A stretch of 62,281 nt of DNA, counting the filler, from Basidiobolus ranarum (taxonomy: Eukaryota): NCBI GenBank assembly GCA_040143965.1. It is 16 parts of 16 records of this genome, joined end to end, with 100 filler letters (N's around TTAATTAATTAA, not from the genome) between each part and the next. Parts side by side here need not be neighbours in the genome. Positions count along the whole stretch, not along the records: positions 1 to 3,815 come from JASJQH010009148.1; positions 3,916 to 7,725 come from JASJQH010009149.1; positions 7,826 to 11,634 come from JASJQH010009150.1; 13 more parts are not named here. One strand, written 5' to 3'. A program made the translations under genes and the position numbers. The notes under the pieces are model-generated. The model made no database searches, was not told the origin of the DNA, and worked only from the letters and a program-made list of their open reading frames with translations. Below, in pieces: positions 1 through 11,734 of the stretch; within the stretch, counting starts at the first letter, position 1; each line of letters opens with the position of its first letter.

Positions 1-1192
1 GGAAAGGATTCGGAAAGGATTCACTGAGTAAACCATACTAATAAGGTATATCGATATCAAATCGTACATATTCCTAGCTAATCTTACTGTGACTGACTTC
101 TAGTATCTTAATGCTAGTTAGGTTAGTATCGAAATATTCAAAGCTGGTCGTATTTAGGCAATAGACTAAAATAAAGGTAATGAATCATGATTTATTATTT
201 CTTATATGACATTTTGTCCTAACTCTAGTCTGTCTACTACTTAAGCATGGTTTTGGATCTTGTTCAATAGCTAAAGCAGCACATATGGTCTCACCAGTGG
301 ATGTATAAAATATCAATCCAGTCAGTCTGCAACTTATGTAATGGTAGTAATGGATATGGTGATGGTAATGATGGTTCTAGAAATGGTGATGGTAATGGTG
401 GTTCCAGAAATGGCAAGACAATGACAATGGAGCTGGTGCCTATGATGCTGGAAAAGGTGGTGGTGGAAACTTAGGGGTTAGTAGCAGTGGTTCTGGTAAT
501 GAAAGACATAATGGAAATAGTGCTGATACCTATGATGCTGGTGGTGATGGCCTTACATTTTACTTGCTGAAGTATTGTTCTCTAATCAAAACAATGAGCA
601 ATAGCCAATTTTTGTTTCCAATACCAGAAACCATGAAAATTTGTATGATGTGAGCTTCAACAAGCAAAGAAATTTTGACGTAAAGTATCAACCCAGCCTG
701 ATCTTTTTGGAGGGGTTATGGTGGAGAGTTGCACCTCAACAAGGTAAAGTTGTAAAATCCAAGTTCGCCCCTTTAAGTGTTTTCCATACCCGTTGTTTCT
801 CGGCATCATACACATTGTTGCTTGTCAATGGACCTGGCACTTTGTAAATGATTGATATAATCACAGTCAGTGTAGTTTCAAAATGTGTATTTGGGTCTGA
901 ACCTACCTATGTTAAAATGGAATATGGTGTTAGATGGGTTTGATATTGACATTATGAACAGTTCTTCTGAATATCTAACTAACCTGATGATGTTAATACT
1001 GGCAAGGATGTAATCTAACCTGAGTTCTTTGTAAACTTGTTTGAGTACAGTTGAATTCTAACCTGACTAGACGTACTATTTGATAATGCGGTTTTAATTT
1101 AATCAAGTGGGCAGCCAATCATGTGTTAGATAACAACCCCTTATTGTAGACAAAATACGGAATAACTAAGCATCATTGACAAAGTAAGATCC

Positions 1193-1813
1193 TTATATAT
1201 CACATGAATAGAATATATGCTTATAGATTGGTTGAAGCCGGTCAATATTGATTGATTGTGTGCCTGAGCTGAACCTGAGTTCTGGATCCTCTACGCTTGG
1301 TATATATTCACTGGAAGAGTCTTGAGGCACATAATCTTCTACCGCATTGTCCTGTGAGAATTCATCCAGGTTTATTTGCTGAGGTTCCTCCTCTTCCTCG
1401 TCATATACAGCATTGTCATCAGAGTATGGCTCATACACCGCATTATCAGAAGCGTAGGGGCTGAATGTATCCCCTTGCTTTGAAGAGCTTGTTTCTGAAA
1501 ATTCTCCTTCAGCTTCAAGACTCGGACCAGACTGATACTGAATACTTCTGGCTTGGTCACCATTAGCAGTTGCTGTGTTAAGGCTATCATTTTTCCTGGT
1601 AATGGTAGTGAACACTTGCTTTAGCAGTGGGGATTGACTCTCTGTGTACTTCTCAGTGAAATTAGGCTGCTCTGTTTGAATATCACGGTCACAAAAGTTG
1701 TTGAATTCCCCGCAACGGTAATTGGTATAACGGCTTCTAGCTGGTTTGTCCAAGCGTACTGATCTATAAGCAGTGGGGGTAGCTATAGGTAATCTTCCGA
1801 AAGCTATAGCCAA
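1193..1813 (-). CDS. Hypothetical acidic low-complexity protein or pseudogene fragment with three DNAV motifs
   Basis: 206-codon open frame with no ATG start (TTG); SDNAVY, DDNAVY, QDNAVE and a poly-E run; in-frame TGA stops just upstream. No family recognised. Confidence 0.3.
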   Translation of the reverse strand: MAIAFGRLPIATPTAYRSVRLDKPARSRYTNYRCGEFNNFCDRDIQTEQPNFTEKYTESQSPLLKQVFTTITRKNDSLNTATANGDQARSIQYQSGPSLEAEGEFSETSSSKQGDTFSPYASDNAVYEPYSDDNAVYDEEEEEPQQINLDEFSQDNAVEDYVPQDSSSEYIPSVEDPELRFSSGTQSINIDRLQPIYKHIFYSCDI

Positions 1814-3044
1814 GGAAAAAGAGATATATAGGCTATAATTAGCCCCTCATTTGCTAAGCCTTCATCTACAGTTTCTCCGGTCATACAATCTAATCTGAGC
1901 CCTCCTCTTCAGGCTGTTCATTGACTACTACTCGAATGTATATTGGAAAGGTGTATGTGAAGCCGTCCACCTCTCATCCAGAGGGTATGGTATATGTACT
2001 GGGTAATTTAAATACCTTGTTTTGATCTTCTATATCATAATGTACCTACAGCCCAGTTAGTAAATGGCCATATACACACTATTTAGCACACTGATATGTT
2101 ACTTCTAATACCATAGTTAGAAAGGTGATATTTCTCCCAACAGGAATGGTCATGATATGCATATTAAATGTTATTGTTATACTCGAATGTAGAGTATATG
2201 CACCATTATTACTCTAGCTTTAGTTCTTTCCTACTGTGAGGTTGAGATTTGATGGTAGACGCACATTCAAAGAAGAGGGTACCTTACATTGCCAAGTAAA
2301 TTTATTGATGCTTCTCATGTACCAACAGAAATTTGAGTATTGTAGGTTTTACTGATACTATCAAGTTGCTAATTGATAGTCATCGAAACTGCACCTACCG
2401 CGACTGTTTCTCCTGATTGAGCAACTTTAACTTCCCCTGAGTTGGACGAAATTCAAGCATTTCAATTTTTTCAATTTATACAATCCTGTAATGAAGGGTA
2501 CAGTATAGCCTGTGCCAGTTGACTTGGTGGGGATGGGGTCACACTGGCTGTATCTACTGGTCCAAACCTTACGCTTTGGCATGAGACTGCAGAGAAAGAA
2601 AGTAGTTGTGCAGTATCTTCTGGGGTGTTTACAAGCTCTACTTGGAAAAGTAAAGTTAGTGAATGCAAACATAGAAGACAACACTAGTACTTAACACAGC
2701 ATCCTTTGACTGTGCTGTTGTTGCAAAAGAAGATGTGGCTAAAAGGACAATGATACTGAATTTCAAGTTGAATCATATTAATTGTAGCAATTAACTACTT
2801 CAGATGAATCTTTGTCCTTTCTTGTGACTGATAAAATATTACTTTGCTTTGTTCAAAAAAAAAAAACGTCTACTACTGATACCGTTTATCTATGTGTGTA
2901 ATTTTTACTAAATAGTTACCCGTACTCTATATCTCTTTACCTCCTGTTTATAGGTATCCTAACTCTTATCGCTCTTCATATTTTGTAATTGCTTTATTGT
3001 TAGGTAATACATTTAAAGCCCTAATAATAAAAGTAAGATATCAT

Positions 3045-3260
3045 TTATTCTTTCCCACAAATTGACTCGCAGCAACAGCAAAGCAAAGTTATAATGATTG
3101 CAAATCCTAATAAAATACCAATATATGCGCCCACACTTTTTCCAATACAACTTGAATCTCCATCACAATTACTAACAATGAACTCAAATCTCCCCGTTGT
3201 ACCTGCGCATACTGTGGGATATAGACTAGATAAAAGTAGTATCCTGGAGAGGTAACTCAT
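3045..3260 (-). CDS. Small single-pass membrane protein (71 aa): signal peptide, short Cys-bridged ectodomain, TM helix, CCCC tail
   Basis: From ATG at 3260: MSYLSRILLLSSLYPTVCA (signal-like), NCDGDSSC, hydrophobic VGAYIGILLGFAIIITLL, then CCCCESICGKE stop. Confidence 0.5.
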   Translation of the reverse strand: MSYLSRILLLSSLYPTVCAGTTGRFEFIVSNCDGDSSCIGKSVGAYIGILLGFAIIITLLCCCCESICGKE

Positions 3261-3815
3261 TTGTCTGATAGAGATCTTAGCTGCTTTATTGCTGATCTCT
3301 CCCTGGGGCCTCACTAGCAAGATTTTGGAGAATTCTTTCAACGCTCTACTCCATGAGAGTTCTGCTTCTGAATCAGACATATTGCCTACGGCTAAGGAGT
3401 TCTTGAGTTTTTGGGCCTACCAAAAAGATTGAAAGCGGCAAGCACACTTTGATTGAGTAATGATTATTTCACGGTGAGGGTATTTATACTGAAGGAGGTG
3501 ATTGATGTTACCAATCTGTGCAATCTTACGCTCATGTTTCTAATATACAGTAATACTAAGCTATAGTGTTAATCAGCATTTGTACATCTTGTGGTTAGAG
3601 GCATTCTGGCCTTATCAGTCTGGCAAATGTGGTGCAAAAGAAAGAATAAACAAGAAATTATTTGGTCACAGAGTACTATACACCAATTGGTGAGCAGCGC
3701 TTTATTCATGGATTAGCCATTTAAGCATTTAAAGAACTTGGTGAAGGTAACAAGTTGTTGTTGAAACCTTGCTAGTGAGAACCGGGATGGGTAAGCCATA
3801 AATCTTTTTGCTTAG

Positions 3816-3915
3816 NNNNNNNNNNNNNNNNNNNNNNNNNNNNNNNNNNNNNNNNNNNNTTAATTAATTAANNNNNNNNNNNNNNNNNNNNNNNNNNNNN
3901 NNNNNNNNNNNNNNN
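3816..3915. other. Artificial scaffold linker (N44-TTAATTAATTAA-N44), first of 15
   Basis: Identical 100-bp spacer with stops in all six frames starts at 3816, 7726, 11635, 15542, 19448, 23352, 27255, 31155, 35053, 38950, 42846, 46740, 50629, 54517 and 58401; contigs between them shrink monotonically from 3815 to 3781 bp. Confidence 0.99.
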
Positions 3916-4628
3916 GTAGCACTCTCAACAACAGAAGCTGAATTCACAACTGCCTGTGAAGCAACAAAAGAAGCAATATGAGTAAGAAAACTCCTAACAG
4001 ATTTAGGTTCATTCTCAAAATTCATCAACTACAATATTTCAAGATAATCAAAGTTGTATCAAATAAGCAAAAAATTCCATGTTTTACAATTGTAGCAAAC
4101 ATGATGAAATTAAGCATCACTTCATCAGAGAGTCTATAGAGAATAAGTTTATTGACTAGACTTATTGTTCTATGGATGATATGATTGCTGATATATTAAC
4201 CAAACCCTTAGCTAGACAGAAATTTGCAAAATATAGACCTTTATTTGGATCAGTTCTTGTGACTATTTAGTTGTGGGAGAGTATTGAATTTAACAGTGCC
4301 CAAACACCTATATAATCATATATAGCTTAGTACCTAGTTATCTTATAATTCAGTAGATGTTAGCAATTATTCTCAATTAGAATTTACTTTGCATATTTTT
4401 TCCAATTTAGAAGTTCTCAGAAATATATATTTGGCAAACTTGAGCTAGAAGCCCCAAACTTTGCACACATGTTCCTGGGACCTTTCTTAGCACATTCTAC
4501 ATGTTTGTTTATTTGTATCTTCACAGAACCATAAATGTCAACCTTCTACTCAATGAATCAATAAGTGAAAACCACCAATTGCTCTAATTCTTCAAACCAC
4601 TTCATACAAGCTCCCAAATACTTTAACA
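3916..4628 (+). mobile_element. Ty1/copia family A 3' end: degenerate RNase H, polypurine tract, 3' LTR (4282-4628)
   Basis: ALSTTEAEF...EATKEAI...KHHFIRE...MIADILTKPL; PPT GGGAGAG; LTR ends CCCAAATACTTTAACA and matches copies at 10406, 14860, 52335 and 58209. Confidence 0.93.
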
Positions 4629-4755
4629 CTAGAAACCCTTCATTTCATGCTAGAACAAAACAAATAGCAAGTAGGAATCATATTGTTACAGAAGCAATGG
4701 AGTATGTTATAACTGAACTTGTCTATTGCCCTACTGCCAAAATGATGGCTGACAC
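4629..4755 (+). mobile_element. Copia RNase H fragment between two LTRs
   Basis: NPSFHARTKQI...ELVYCPTAKMMADT matches the copia RNase H motifs FHxRTKHI and YCPTxxMxAD. Confidence 0.75.
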
Positions 4756-7725
4756 TGGTTATGGTGTTAAGGGGGTGTGGAAGTGTTTTAGACACAATTT
4801 GGATTTGTGATTAAGACACTTGAGTTCTATTGAGTTGAATGTATCCTTTTAATACTTTACCATGAAATAGAACTTTTGGTTATGGTTTGATCATATCAAA
4901 CATACTTGTTAAGTGTGGGAGAAAAACTTAGGTGATTTGAGGAAGTCTTGAGAAGATGGTGAAAATTGGTAAAGTGATGTAATTGATAGAAATATCAATT
5001 AGAGCCATAAAAGCACAATTTTGAACGGCAGAGTTGAGTGCTGAATAACCAGAATAATAATAAACTAGCTGCTAAATAACTTGTTGCTATTTACCTAACT
5101 GCAATATTCCCACTCAACTGATTACTTTATGTTTATCTTAAACCTAACTTATGTCTTGATAATTCAAATTTTGCTTAAGATAAAGATTTAATTAAGATGT
5201 CGGCAATGATTTCTTTGGTAGGGCAATTGACCAGTTAAATTATATCATTCTCTATTACTTCTGTAAGAAAATGATGCCTAATAGCTATATATTTTGTTCT
5301 AGCATGAAATGTTGGGTTTTTTGCTCATGATCTATGTTTTTTGCTCTTGCATGAAATGTAGGGTTTTAGCTATCAAAATACAACTTTGATTAGCTTCATA
5401 TGCAGCAATTGCACACTTTTGTATGTATTGTAAGTCTGTCAATATCTTCCTTAATTGCATAGCATCTTGTGCAGTAGCAGAGGCAGCCATATACTCTGCT
5501 TTTGTAGTAGAATGTGCTATGGTTGGTTGCTTCTCACCATTCCAAGTTATGGTTCCATTACCATGGAGAAATGTGTACCCAGTTATTGATCTTCTATCAT
5601 CAAGGTTTTATTGGCAGTCTATGTCACTGTAGCCTTCAAAGGTTTGCATATCAGGAGTTCTGGATTATTCCAGAACTAGATCTGCAGTTCCTCTTAAATA
5701 CCTGAAAATTTGTTTTACTGCACCTCTGTGTTCATATCTTGAATTTATGAGATGTTGGCTTACAATTCCCACTGTGACAGCAATGTCTGGACTTGTTCCA
5801 ACCAATATATGGTTCGAACTACCCACCATGGATTGGTAAGGAACTCCTGGATCTGATTTGGGTCATTTTGGAACAAATTGGATGAAGATGAGATTAATTT
5901 CACATTGGGATCCAATGGTGTCAATTCGGGCTTGCTAGGTTCCATGTTGAAGCATTTTAGGATGTCTGGGATGTATCTAGGCTGATTTAGCATGATTTTC
6001 TAATTGGTTTATCTCTCTTAATTTGAATTCAAACTAATTTACCCATACCAGTCATTGGAAATTAGTTTGATAAGCTTCTTTTTGTCTTATTAAGTGCTGC
6101 TACATCATTTGTGGATATGATCAAGTCATCAACATATAGTGCTAGATAAGGATATTTGGATTATTTTGATGTAAATACTGTGATCTGGTGTACATTTTTG
6201 AAATTCCTATGATTCCAAATAGGTATCTGTCTGTTGTACCATGCCCTGGGTGCTTGCTTGAGTCCATTTAGCAACTTTTGCAGTTTACAGACCACATCAG
6301 GGTGTTTGCAGTCAACAAATCCATCTGGTTGTTGCGTATAGCTCTCTTCTAGATTTCCATGCAGAAATGTTATTTTTGCATCAATTTGATGTAAATCATG
6401 GTAATGGAAGGTGGCAAGTGCCAGGATTGATCTAATAGAGCAATACTTAGCTACAGTAGCACAGGTTTGATAAATATCAATTGTTGGAGTTTGGAATCAA
6501 CCTGCTTCAACTAATTTTGCTCTGTATCGTTCTATGGTTTTATCAGCTTGATTCTTAGCATTGTAGACCTACTTGTAGTTTGTTGGCTTTCTCCCTGCAG
6601 GTAGAGGACTATAAACCCATGTTTTATGGTCCCAGAGTGACAGAAACTCATCTGACATTGCTTTTTCCCATAATTTAATTCTGGACACTCCAGAGCTTGA
6701 TCAAGAGTCTGTGGTTAGTCACAGAATGCTGCATAAGCATATACATTATCATTAGAAGTGTTTCACCAATTCCCTGGCTTATTGCTCCATCTAGATAGTC
6801 TTCTAGGTCCCTGATACATCCACTCAAGTAAATGGGGCTAGAGTTTTGGTTCAATTGGGCTCAGATACAGCTGGAATCTTTTCAAACACTTTCTAAATAG
6901 TGCTGATTGTGTTTGCTGAATATAGAACTGTGATTTAAGATGACAAATATGCTTTTTCACCGGATATAACATCTCTGCACTTGATTAACTTCAGATTTTT
7001 GGTATCAAAGAGTCTGTAAGCCTTAGATCCAGAGTACTAATCTAGAAATCCGCATTTACTGCATTTGGGTTCCAATTTAGAGCATTTTTGAGCTGTAATT
7101 AGGCAACATGCTGTGCAGCCAAAGATTTGGAGATGATCTGCACTTGGTTATGATCCATATAGGGCTTCAAAGGAGCAGAATTTTGTTGCAATCTTGCTAG
7201 GCATCTGTTTTTGATAAAGACTGCAGTAGAGACAAATTCAACCCATTATTGGTAGCCTAGCTGTTTGATGATGTCACATTGATCTTGCCATCTCAACTAT
7301 GGTCCTGTTAGCACATTCTGCAATTCCATTTTGCTGTCAGGTACAGTAGTTTGTTGCTTAATTCCATGTTTAGAGCAAAAACTAGTAAAGTCTTTGGTGC
7401 ACTACTTTCCACCATTATCACTCCTGAGTACCCTTATCTTTTGTAATGATTCTTTTTCTATCAATGCTTTGTAGTGCTTGAACACAGTTAAGGCTTTGGA
7501 TTATAATTTGAGAAAGTATGGCCAAATATATCTTGTATTGTCATCAATAAAGATCACAAAGTACCTTTTTCCCCCTAGTAAGATGTTATTCAAGGGCCCA
7601 CATAGATCAGAATAACTCAAGGCAAAATTCTTAGTGGACTTGATCTTTTCCAAGCTTGAAAGTCACTGTCTGTGATGTTTTCCATATTTGCAACCTTCAC
7701 ACAGATCTAATTTGATGATATTTCA
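4756..7725 (-). mobile_element. Ty1/copia family B, degenerate integrase-RT-RNase H plus 3' LTR (4756-5106)
   Basis: Minus-strand SDLCGP, FIDD, RSDNGG, QQNG, YRAKLV, QIDAKITFLHG, LYVDDL and STTKAEY motifs with many stops and frameshifts; PPT AGTTGAGTGGGAA next to the LTR. Confidence 0.93.
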
Positions 7726-7825
7726 NNNNNNNNNNNNNNNNNNNNNNNNNNNNNNNNNNNNNNNNNNNNTTAATTAATTAANNNNNNNNNNNNNNNNNNN
7801 NNNNNNNNNNNNNNNNNNNNNNNNN

Positions 7826-10749
7826 ATTCTCCAAACCACTTCCAACAGGTTCCCAAATACTTTAACAGGTTATGAGCCCCAAGCTTTCACTCTCTGTAAT
7901 GTATACTTCTCAAATTTATGGAACTTTTCCCTCTTCTGAAAAATTGCTTGGAAACAATCATCAAGTTTGGAAAATTAATATGAAGATGCTGCAGGCAGAA
8001 AAAGGACTTTGAGACACTGTTGTAGGGCAAGAAAGTAGTGCAAAACTATCTGAAACCAAAGCTTTACTCCAGGTCAAAAAAGACAAAGTGTCCTTAACAC
8101 AATTTTCAATTTAAGCACCATTGCAAAGTTCATGGAATTAAGCAATAAACTACCGCCACTTATTCCCTCAATAAAATGGAGTTGCTGACAGAGCAAACAG
8201 GACTATAATAAAATGGCAAGATCTATGACAAATGAACAAAATTTATCTTGTCAATTTTGGGTGGAATCTGTTGCTATAGCTGTATATCTGAAAAATAGAG
8301 GTTGTACTAGAAATCTGTATAACTCTACATTATATCAAGCTTGGTTTGAAGTTAAACCTAATGTAAAACATTTGAGGATCCTTGGATGCATTGCTTATGG
8401 CAAAATTATGACCCACAAATTAGTCTATATTATATCCACAAAAGTAAGAAATGTATATTTCTGAGTTATTGTACTCAAACTAAGGCCTACAGACTCTATG
8501 ATACTAAAATTTCAAAGTTAATCAAGTCTAGGGATGTTTTGTTTAACAAAAATGAAATATTTCACCATGAACGACCTCAGATGATGACAAAATTCAATTT
8601 TCTCATGATCTAATCATTCAAATTGATTCAAACCAAAACAATGAACAAAATAGCATTCCTGTGAACCCTTCTATCACACCTTTGCCTACTAAAGTGCCCA
8701 ATACAATGCCTGGAGTTGTAGTATCTTTATCCCAACCCAGGAGAATATATTTTAGCAGAAATAGCCTTGATCACCATATCAATGTGTCCCAAAAATGGGC
8801 TTATGACTGCACAGCTCAAATACATGAATCCCAGACTGTAAAAGAGGCCCAGAATGGCCACCACACAAAATTTTGGAGATCTGCAATGGCTGATGGGCAT
8901 CAAGTTTTGATTGAAAATCAAACTTGTATTTTAACCCACTCACCTGTTGATAGAAAATCTATTGGATACTAATGGATGCTAAAAGTTTATTTCAACTCTA
9001 ATAGCAATATAAAAAGGTACAAGGGTAGACTAGTAGCCAAAGGCTATTGCTAAGCACCATGAATAGATTATCTAAAAACACTTGCTCCTCTAGCAAAGCT
9101 TAATTCTAGTAGATTGATTTTAGCAATCAGCTAAAAATCAGTTTATTATACATCAAATGGATGTTAAAACTGCTTTTTTGAATGTTGAGCTTGCCAAGGC
9201 AATCTATAGGGACCAGCCAGATTGATTTGTGGACCTAGAAAACCCTAAAAAAGCTTGCGGACCTGGAAGACACTCTAGGGCTTAAAACAATATTCAAGGG
9301 CTTGGAATAGCAAGATAGATGCTTTTTTGGAAACACTCAAATTCCAAAAGAGAAATGCTGACTATAGTATCTACTTTGAGCCTGAAAAGACAAACCCAGT
9401 TTTATCAGCCTTATATGTAGATGACCTCATTATAGCAACTAATGACTTGAAGACTTTGGAGAAAACCAAATCCAGCTTTTCTGCCAAATTCAAAACGACT
9501 GATCTTGGTGAACTGATGGACTATCTTGAAATGCAGACTAAGATAGATAGAACTACCAAAACAATAAATTGGACCCATTCTAAGTATATGCTAGATTTAC
9601 TAAAGAAGGCTAAGATGGAAGAATGTAATCCAGTGTCTATCCCAATGGAGACAATTCTTAACTAGACCAAAAATGGCTCAAATCAGATGTTGTTGGATTC
9701 AATTGAGAGTCTGAAATTTCCTTAGCAATATATACTTGGTAGTGTGATATATTTCATGGTTGGAACATGGCCAGATATTGCATATTCTGTGGGAGGTATG
9801 TGCCAATATCTTCAAAATTATGGATCTGATCAAATCATAGCAGTTAAGGAGATTTTCTGATATTTGAAAGATATTGTGAATCTGTGCTTAAAATACACAT
9901 AGTTTGCCCTAAACTTTGATCTGATGGGATATTGAGATGCAAATTGGGGAAGAAAAGTTGAAGACAGGAGATCTACAACAGGATTCTTATTTCTTTGCTG
10001 TAATCAATCTATTTCTTGGAATTCAAAGAAACAACCTAGCACAGCACTTTCAACAACAGAAGCAGAGTTCATAGCTGCCTGTGAGGCAACCAAAGAAGCA
10101 ATATGGTTAAAAAAACTCTTAATAGATTTTTGGTTATTCATAAAACTCACCAACTACAATATTTCATGGTAAACAAAGTTGTATCAAGTTAGCCATAAAT
10201 CCCATTTTATATAATAGAAGCAAACATACAGATATTAGACATCACTTCATTAGAGACACTATAGAAATAAATATATTGACTTAACTTATTGTTCTATTGA
10301 AGACATGATAGCTGATATATTACCCAAACCATTAGCTGGGCAGAAATTTGAGACACTTAGACCTTGACTAGGATTAGTTAATATGACTATTTAGTAGAGG
10401 GAGAGTATTGAAATTACCATTACCTAAACACCTATATAGTTGTATATAGCTTAGTGCTTAGTTATCTTATAACTCCCTCAGATATTTTCCATAATTCTCC
10501 ATTTGAATTTACTTGAAATATTTTTTCAACTAAGAAGTTCTAAGATATATGGATTTCCAAGCTTGTGCTAGAAACCCCACGCTGTGCACACATGCTGCTG
10601 GGACCTTCCTTACCACATTTTACATGTTAGTTTGTTTACATCTTGACAAAATTAGAAACATCCACTCTCTACTCAATTGATCAACAAGTGAAAATCACTA
10701 ATTTCTCTGATTCTCCAAACCACTTCAACAGGCTCCCAAATACTTAACA
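7826..10749 (+). mobile_element. Near-complete, internally deleted Ty1/copia family A element (end of 5' LTR 7826-7867, PBS 7868-7885, gag start, INT, RT, RNase H, PPT, 3' LTR 10406-10749)
   Basis: LTR end ...TACTTTAACA followed by GGTTATGAGCCCC; gag jumps to the integrase core near 8105; YKGRLVAKG, HQMDVKTAFLN, LYVDDL, STTEAEF; PPT AGAGGGAGAG; many stops. Confidence 0.95.
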
Positions 10750-10781
10750 TTTACTACCATCGTAATACAACACCAAACTCC

Positions 10782-11460
10782 ATGATTTTATCATCAAATG
10801 TCCGGTCAAATTTCAACATGCTCACTGAAATCAATTCACCCAATAGTCAGTCTAACATCAAATGTGGTATTGGCTGTAAGCCTAAGATTATATTGCTAAA
10901 GGGGAGCAGCTGGAGCCAGAGCTTCCCATTAGGCACTATGCACTTACTCTTCAACAACATTCCAATACTTCTTGCTCAGCTTTTTAGTGAAAAATTCAAT
11001 ATGAATGAGCCATTTCAGATAGGATCAAAGTTTGAATCAACTAGGAAAATGTTTAAAAACATCAAGATACCATCATATTGTTCCAGGACTCCCATCGATA
11101 TCCACTCATCTGGGTGTTTATTCAAATGCAACAACTGGAAGCATTGGATTTGTACATATTCAGGTGGAATCTTGAAAAGATTTCTGTCTGATAAGTATTG
11201 GCCACATTGGGAGTTGTTTATGGATATTGTTAATATATTCTTACAGCATCAACTCACATTGATAGATCACAGGTGGATACATTTACTGTGCAAAGATTCT
11301 GTAATTCAACATGAAAAACTTTATTACAGGTTTAAAGAAGATAGACTGAATCTATGCTGGTATTAAATACAATCTAGCTGCATCTTTCACATTATTTAGA
11401 GATTATATGCCCATGCTACACATTCTGGGAGTTCCCAATACAGTGCACCTGCAGGGAAAT
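10782..11460 (+). mobile_element. Degenerate CACTA/EnSpm (CMC, Tnp2-type) transposase C-terminal fragment
   Basis: SFPLGTMHLLFNNI, SRTPIDI, FKCNNWKHW, HEKLYY..DRL and FWEFP follow the fungal CACTA transposase pattern (DxMH...PRxI...KAxEW...WxFPMER); stop at 11364-11366; CpG-poor. Confidence 0.7.
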
Positions 11461-11734
11461 GATGCTCTGTGCAAAAATGTCAATAGTATCCTATGCTAAT
11501 CCAATCAACATTTTATCAGCAATATCAGTGATGGATGTAATGTGATGGGTTAAGGAGACTCCAGAGTATCAACCTTCCAACAAAGGGCTCTTTTCAATGT
11601 GCTCACAGCTCTTTGCTTTGTTTGAGCACAATAANNNNNNNNNNNNNNNNNNNNNNNNNNNNNNNNNNNNNNNNNNNNTTAATTAATTAANNNNNNNNNN
11701 NNNNNNNNNNNNNNNNNNNNNNNNNNNNNNNNNN

